Source of the DNA: Anthoceros angustus
Lineage: Eukaryota > Plantae > Anthocerotophyta
DNA length: 64,000 nt
NCBI GenBank assembly: GCA_010909165.1
Contig: MU008169.1
Location: 372,001 to 436,000 of the forward strand
Reading direction: 5' to 3'
Shown here: positions 61,450 to 64,000 of the stretch, piece by piece
How positions within the stretch are numbered: position 1 is the stretch's first letter
How the letters are laid out: each line of letters starts with the position of its first letter
The notes under the pieces: generated by a model
What the model saw: only the letters and a program-made list of their open reading frames with translations
The model's database searches: none
Told to the model about the DNA's origin: nothing
Position numbers and translations under genes: made by a program

Positions 61450-64000
61450 ATGAAGGAGAAGATGAAGACCGTCCAAACTATGTTGACTCACCCTCACCCC
61501 TATCCCCACGAGCACTCTCAGCATGCTTTGTTGGCAGTTGTTGTTGCCTCCATTTTCTTGATATCCACAGACAATATGCATACCCTGGTTCACAAGTTGG
61601 AGGATAATATCAAATGGTGGTCAATCTATGCCACCCTCTTGTTGTTCTTTTATTTTTTCTCTTCGCCATTTCTGGGCAAGACAATCCAGCCAAGCTACAC
61701 CAACTTCAGTCGCTGGTATTTTCTTCTATCTAGTTCTGTTGTCGAGCTCATGATCTGACAGGAATATCAGAAATGCACAATTCTGCTAGATTTCTGTCAG
61801 AACAATACCTTTTTCTGTACTGATCTGGAGCCACCTGCGTCTTTTCAGGTATGTGGGCTGGCTCTTAATTGCAGCTGTTCACCATCTCCCCAGCTTCCAG
61901 TCCATGGGAGTGGACCTGCGGATGAACTTGTCTCTTTTCTTGACGTTGTTTCTGGTGTCAGTCCTGGCCCTTGTGGCATTCCATGTTACATTTCTTGGGT
62001 TTTGGTACCTTGGTTTGGCGGCAAGAGTTGCTGGGAAGCGGCCTGAGATCCTGACCATTGTGCAGAATAGTGCGGTACGTTGGATGTTAATGTGGCATGT
62101 TATTTGGTCAGAGTAGCGTGCTAAGTATGCGTCCTCGTTTCAAGTCATTGGTCCTGAGGAATCTACTGTCATCATGGCAGGTATTGAGTGTGGCGTGCAT
62201 TGTCTTCTACAACCATTGTGGCAATCGGGCACCTTTTAAGCCTGCCACAGGCTTGCGGTGGTTTAGGAACTTTTTGTTTGAAGAGCTTGCAAAGTGGAAT
62301 GCAACAGCAGTGTACCAAGGCTGGCCTGCAATGAATGAGATCAAGGAACAAGTATGCACAAATTGGCTTGGTCCAGTGGGATCTGCAAGTGACTACCCTG
62401 TCTTCTCAAAATGGGTTCTCTATGGAGAGGTGTGGTATGGTCCCTTGGCTGAAGAATTTGCAGTGGAATTTTCTGTATGATTCCTTGACGCAGTGGACTC
62501 AGAAGTTCAATTTGGTTGGCCCGTGATCGTTCCTTTGCCTGCTAGTTTCGTTTTTCTTCGGTCAACTCTGATCTTGTTTCTATTTGTCAGCGGGTTTGCA
62601 ATGATTCTTGCATTGGACCATCAGATAATATCTCTCCAGTCTATTCTTTGTGGGCGACATTTATTGGGTTGTATGTTGCCAACTATGTGGTGGAGCGGTC
62701 CACTGGGTGAGAACGTATTGTCCTTTCATGGTGTATTGTGATTGGAATATTGACGTTGTCTTGAATTGTAACTTCGTAGGGGTTGGTCGTCATGTTCCCT
62801 GCCATATGCTAGTTGCTTATATTCTTGAGGGATTGAACAGGTGGGCACTTACTCACCCTGACTGTGATCAGAAACCTGAACAGCAGAAACCCTTGACATC
62901 TCCGGAGTTTTTGGATATGGTGCCGTGGTATTCTGGGTGAGTTCAGCTGTTTTGCTTCAGCTTGATTATCCTTGTTCTAGTGATTGCGTTTGGTGGGATT
63001 GACCAGTGTCTGTCGTCTAACATAGGACCTCTGTTGATCTTTTCAAAACGGCATTTGATCTCCTGGTATCTGTCACGTTGTTCCTTGGCCGCTTTGACAT
63101 GCGAACTATGCAGGTATTCAGGATATGTGAACTCGGTGCAATGTTGGCTGTCTTTTATGCAAGAATGTTGTGGACTGATTTTGCTTTGTACATTGTAGGT
63201 AGCAATGACGCAAGCGCAGCAACATGGGAAGACTGACAGTTTTTCACATGTTCACTTCAGCAAGCGCAACGAATTTTGGTTTGACTTTATGGCAGACACA
63301 GGCGACGGAGGCAATTCAACGTATAGCATCGCTCGGCTGCTTGCACAGCCAAGCATATGGTCAAAGAATAAGCACAAGCAGTATAAAGATCTTCCTCGGG
63401 GTGACTTGCTCCTTGTTGGTGGTGATCTTGCGTGAGTTCCTGCAAGCTTTTCTCCCTTTTTCTTCTTAGCTTGTGACTTCGTGTCCTACATATCGTCTGA
63501 GTGGCATTATCTGTGGTGAGCCTCTCTTAAAGCATGATTTGCGTTTGTATTGGCCGCAGTTATCCAAATCCTTCACAATTCTCGTACGAGCAGAGACTCT
63601 TTCATCCTTTTGAGCTGGCCTTGCAACCACCTTTGAGCTACAAGCCTGAGCATATTGCTGTGAAGAAACCAGAGCTTCCAAAGGGAGTGAGGTCCCTTGA
63701 AGAATATGATGGCCCACAGTGCTTTGCGATTCCTGGAAATCATGGTAATCTGGAGTGTTCTGACTATTAGTTTTAAGTACCTTAGTCCTCCTCAATCAAT
63801 TATTTGATTTGCTGCTGTGGTCCATCTCAATCAATTATTTGATTTGCTGCTGTGCATGGTCTTGGTAGATTGGTTTGATGGGCTGGATACGTTCATGCGA
63901 TACATATGTCACAAAAGCTGGCTTGGGGGATGGCTCTTACCACAAGAGAAGAGCTACTTTGCACTGCAACTGCCTCATGGCTGGTGGGTCTTTGGTCTGG
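61450..64000 (+). CDS. Membrane-anchored calcineurin-like metallophosphoesterase superfamily protein (3' end beyond window)
   Basis: LTHPHPYPHEHS and TM N-terminus; FWFDFMADTGDGGNSTY, LPRGDLLLVGGDLA|YPNPS, FAIPGNH|DWFDGL, QEKSYFALQLP. Confidence 0.92.

Overview
This window is nuclear DNA from a compact, gene-dense land-plant genome with short GT-AG introns (mostly about 70-150 nt), GC-richer genes and AT-rich, TE-derived spacers. A hornwort or another seed-free plant with U-to-C organellar editing is inferred, mainly from the HAEK/xRP-type DYW domain. Recognisable genes, in order: CP12, an alpha/beta-hydrolase, a fasciclin-like protein, a PLP-transferase/MoCo-sulfurase-like protein, VIRILIZER (m6A writer), a CCT protein, a CorA/ZntB-like transporter, PHT2;1, a CRM splicing factor head-to-head with a phosphopantetheinyl transferase, tRNA-Val(TAC), MEMO1, an FAD monooxygenase, truncated haemoglobin GLB3, and a calcineurin-like phosphoesterase that runs off the window. 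Pseudogenes: an intron-retaining phosphofructokinase, a MOS2/Spp2 G-patch remnant, and a PPR gene. The highlights are (i) that PPR pseudogene, which joins an OSB-type PDF ssDNA-binding motif to a PLS array and a DYW:KP/GRP-like (U-to-C-associated) deaminase; (ii) a 1,389-bp non-autonomous DNA transposon with 30-bp TIRs, CAG...CTG ends and TTAA target sites; (iii) VIR carrying a long acidic decapeptide repeat and a roughly 200-aa Q/H tract; and (iv) a 5'-truncated (CTT)n-tailed retroposon family present five times. Exon boundaries and family calls were made by eye from motif recall, without database searches.
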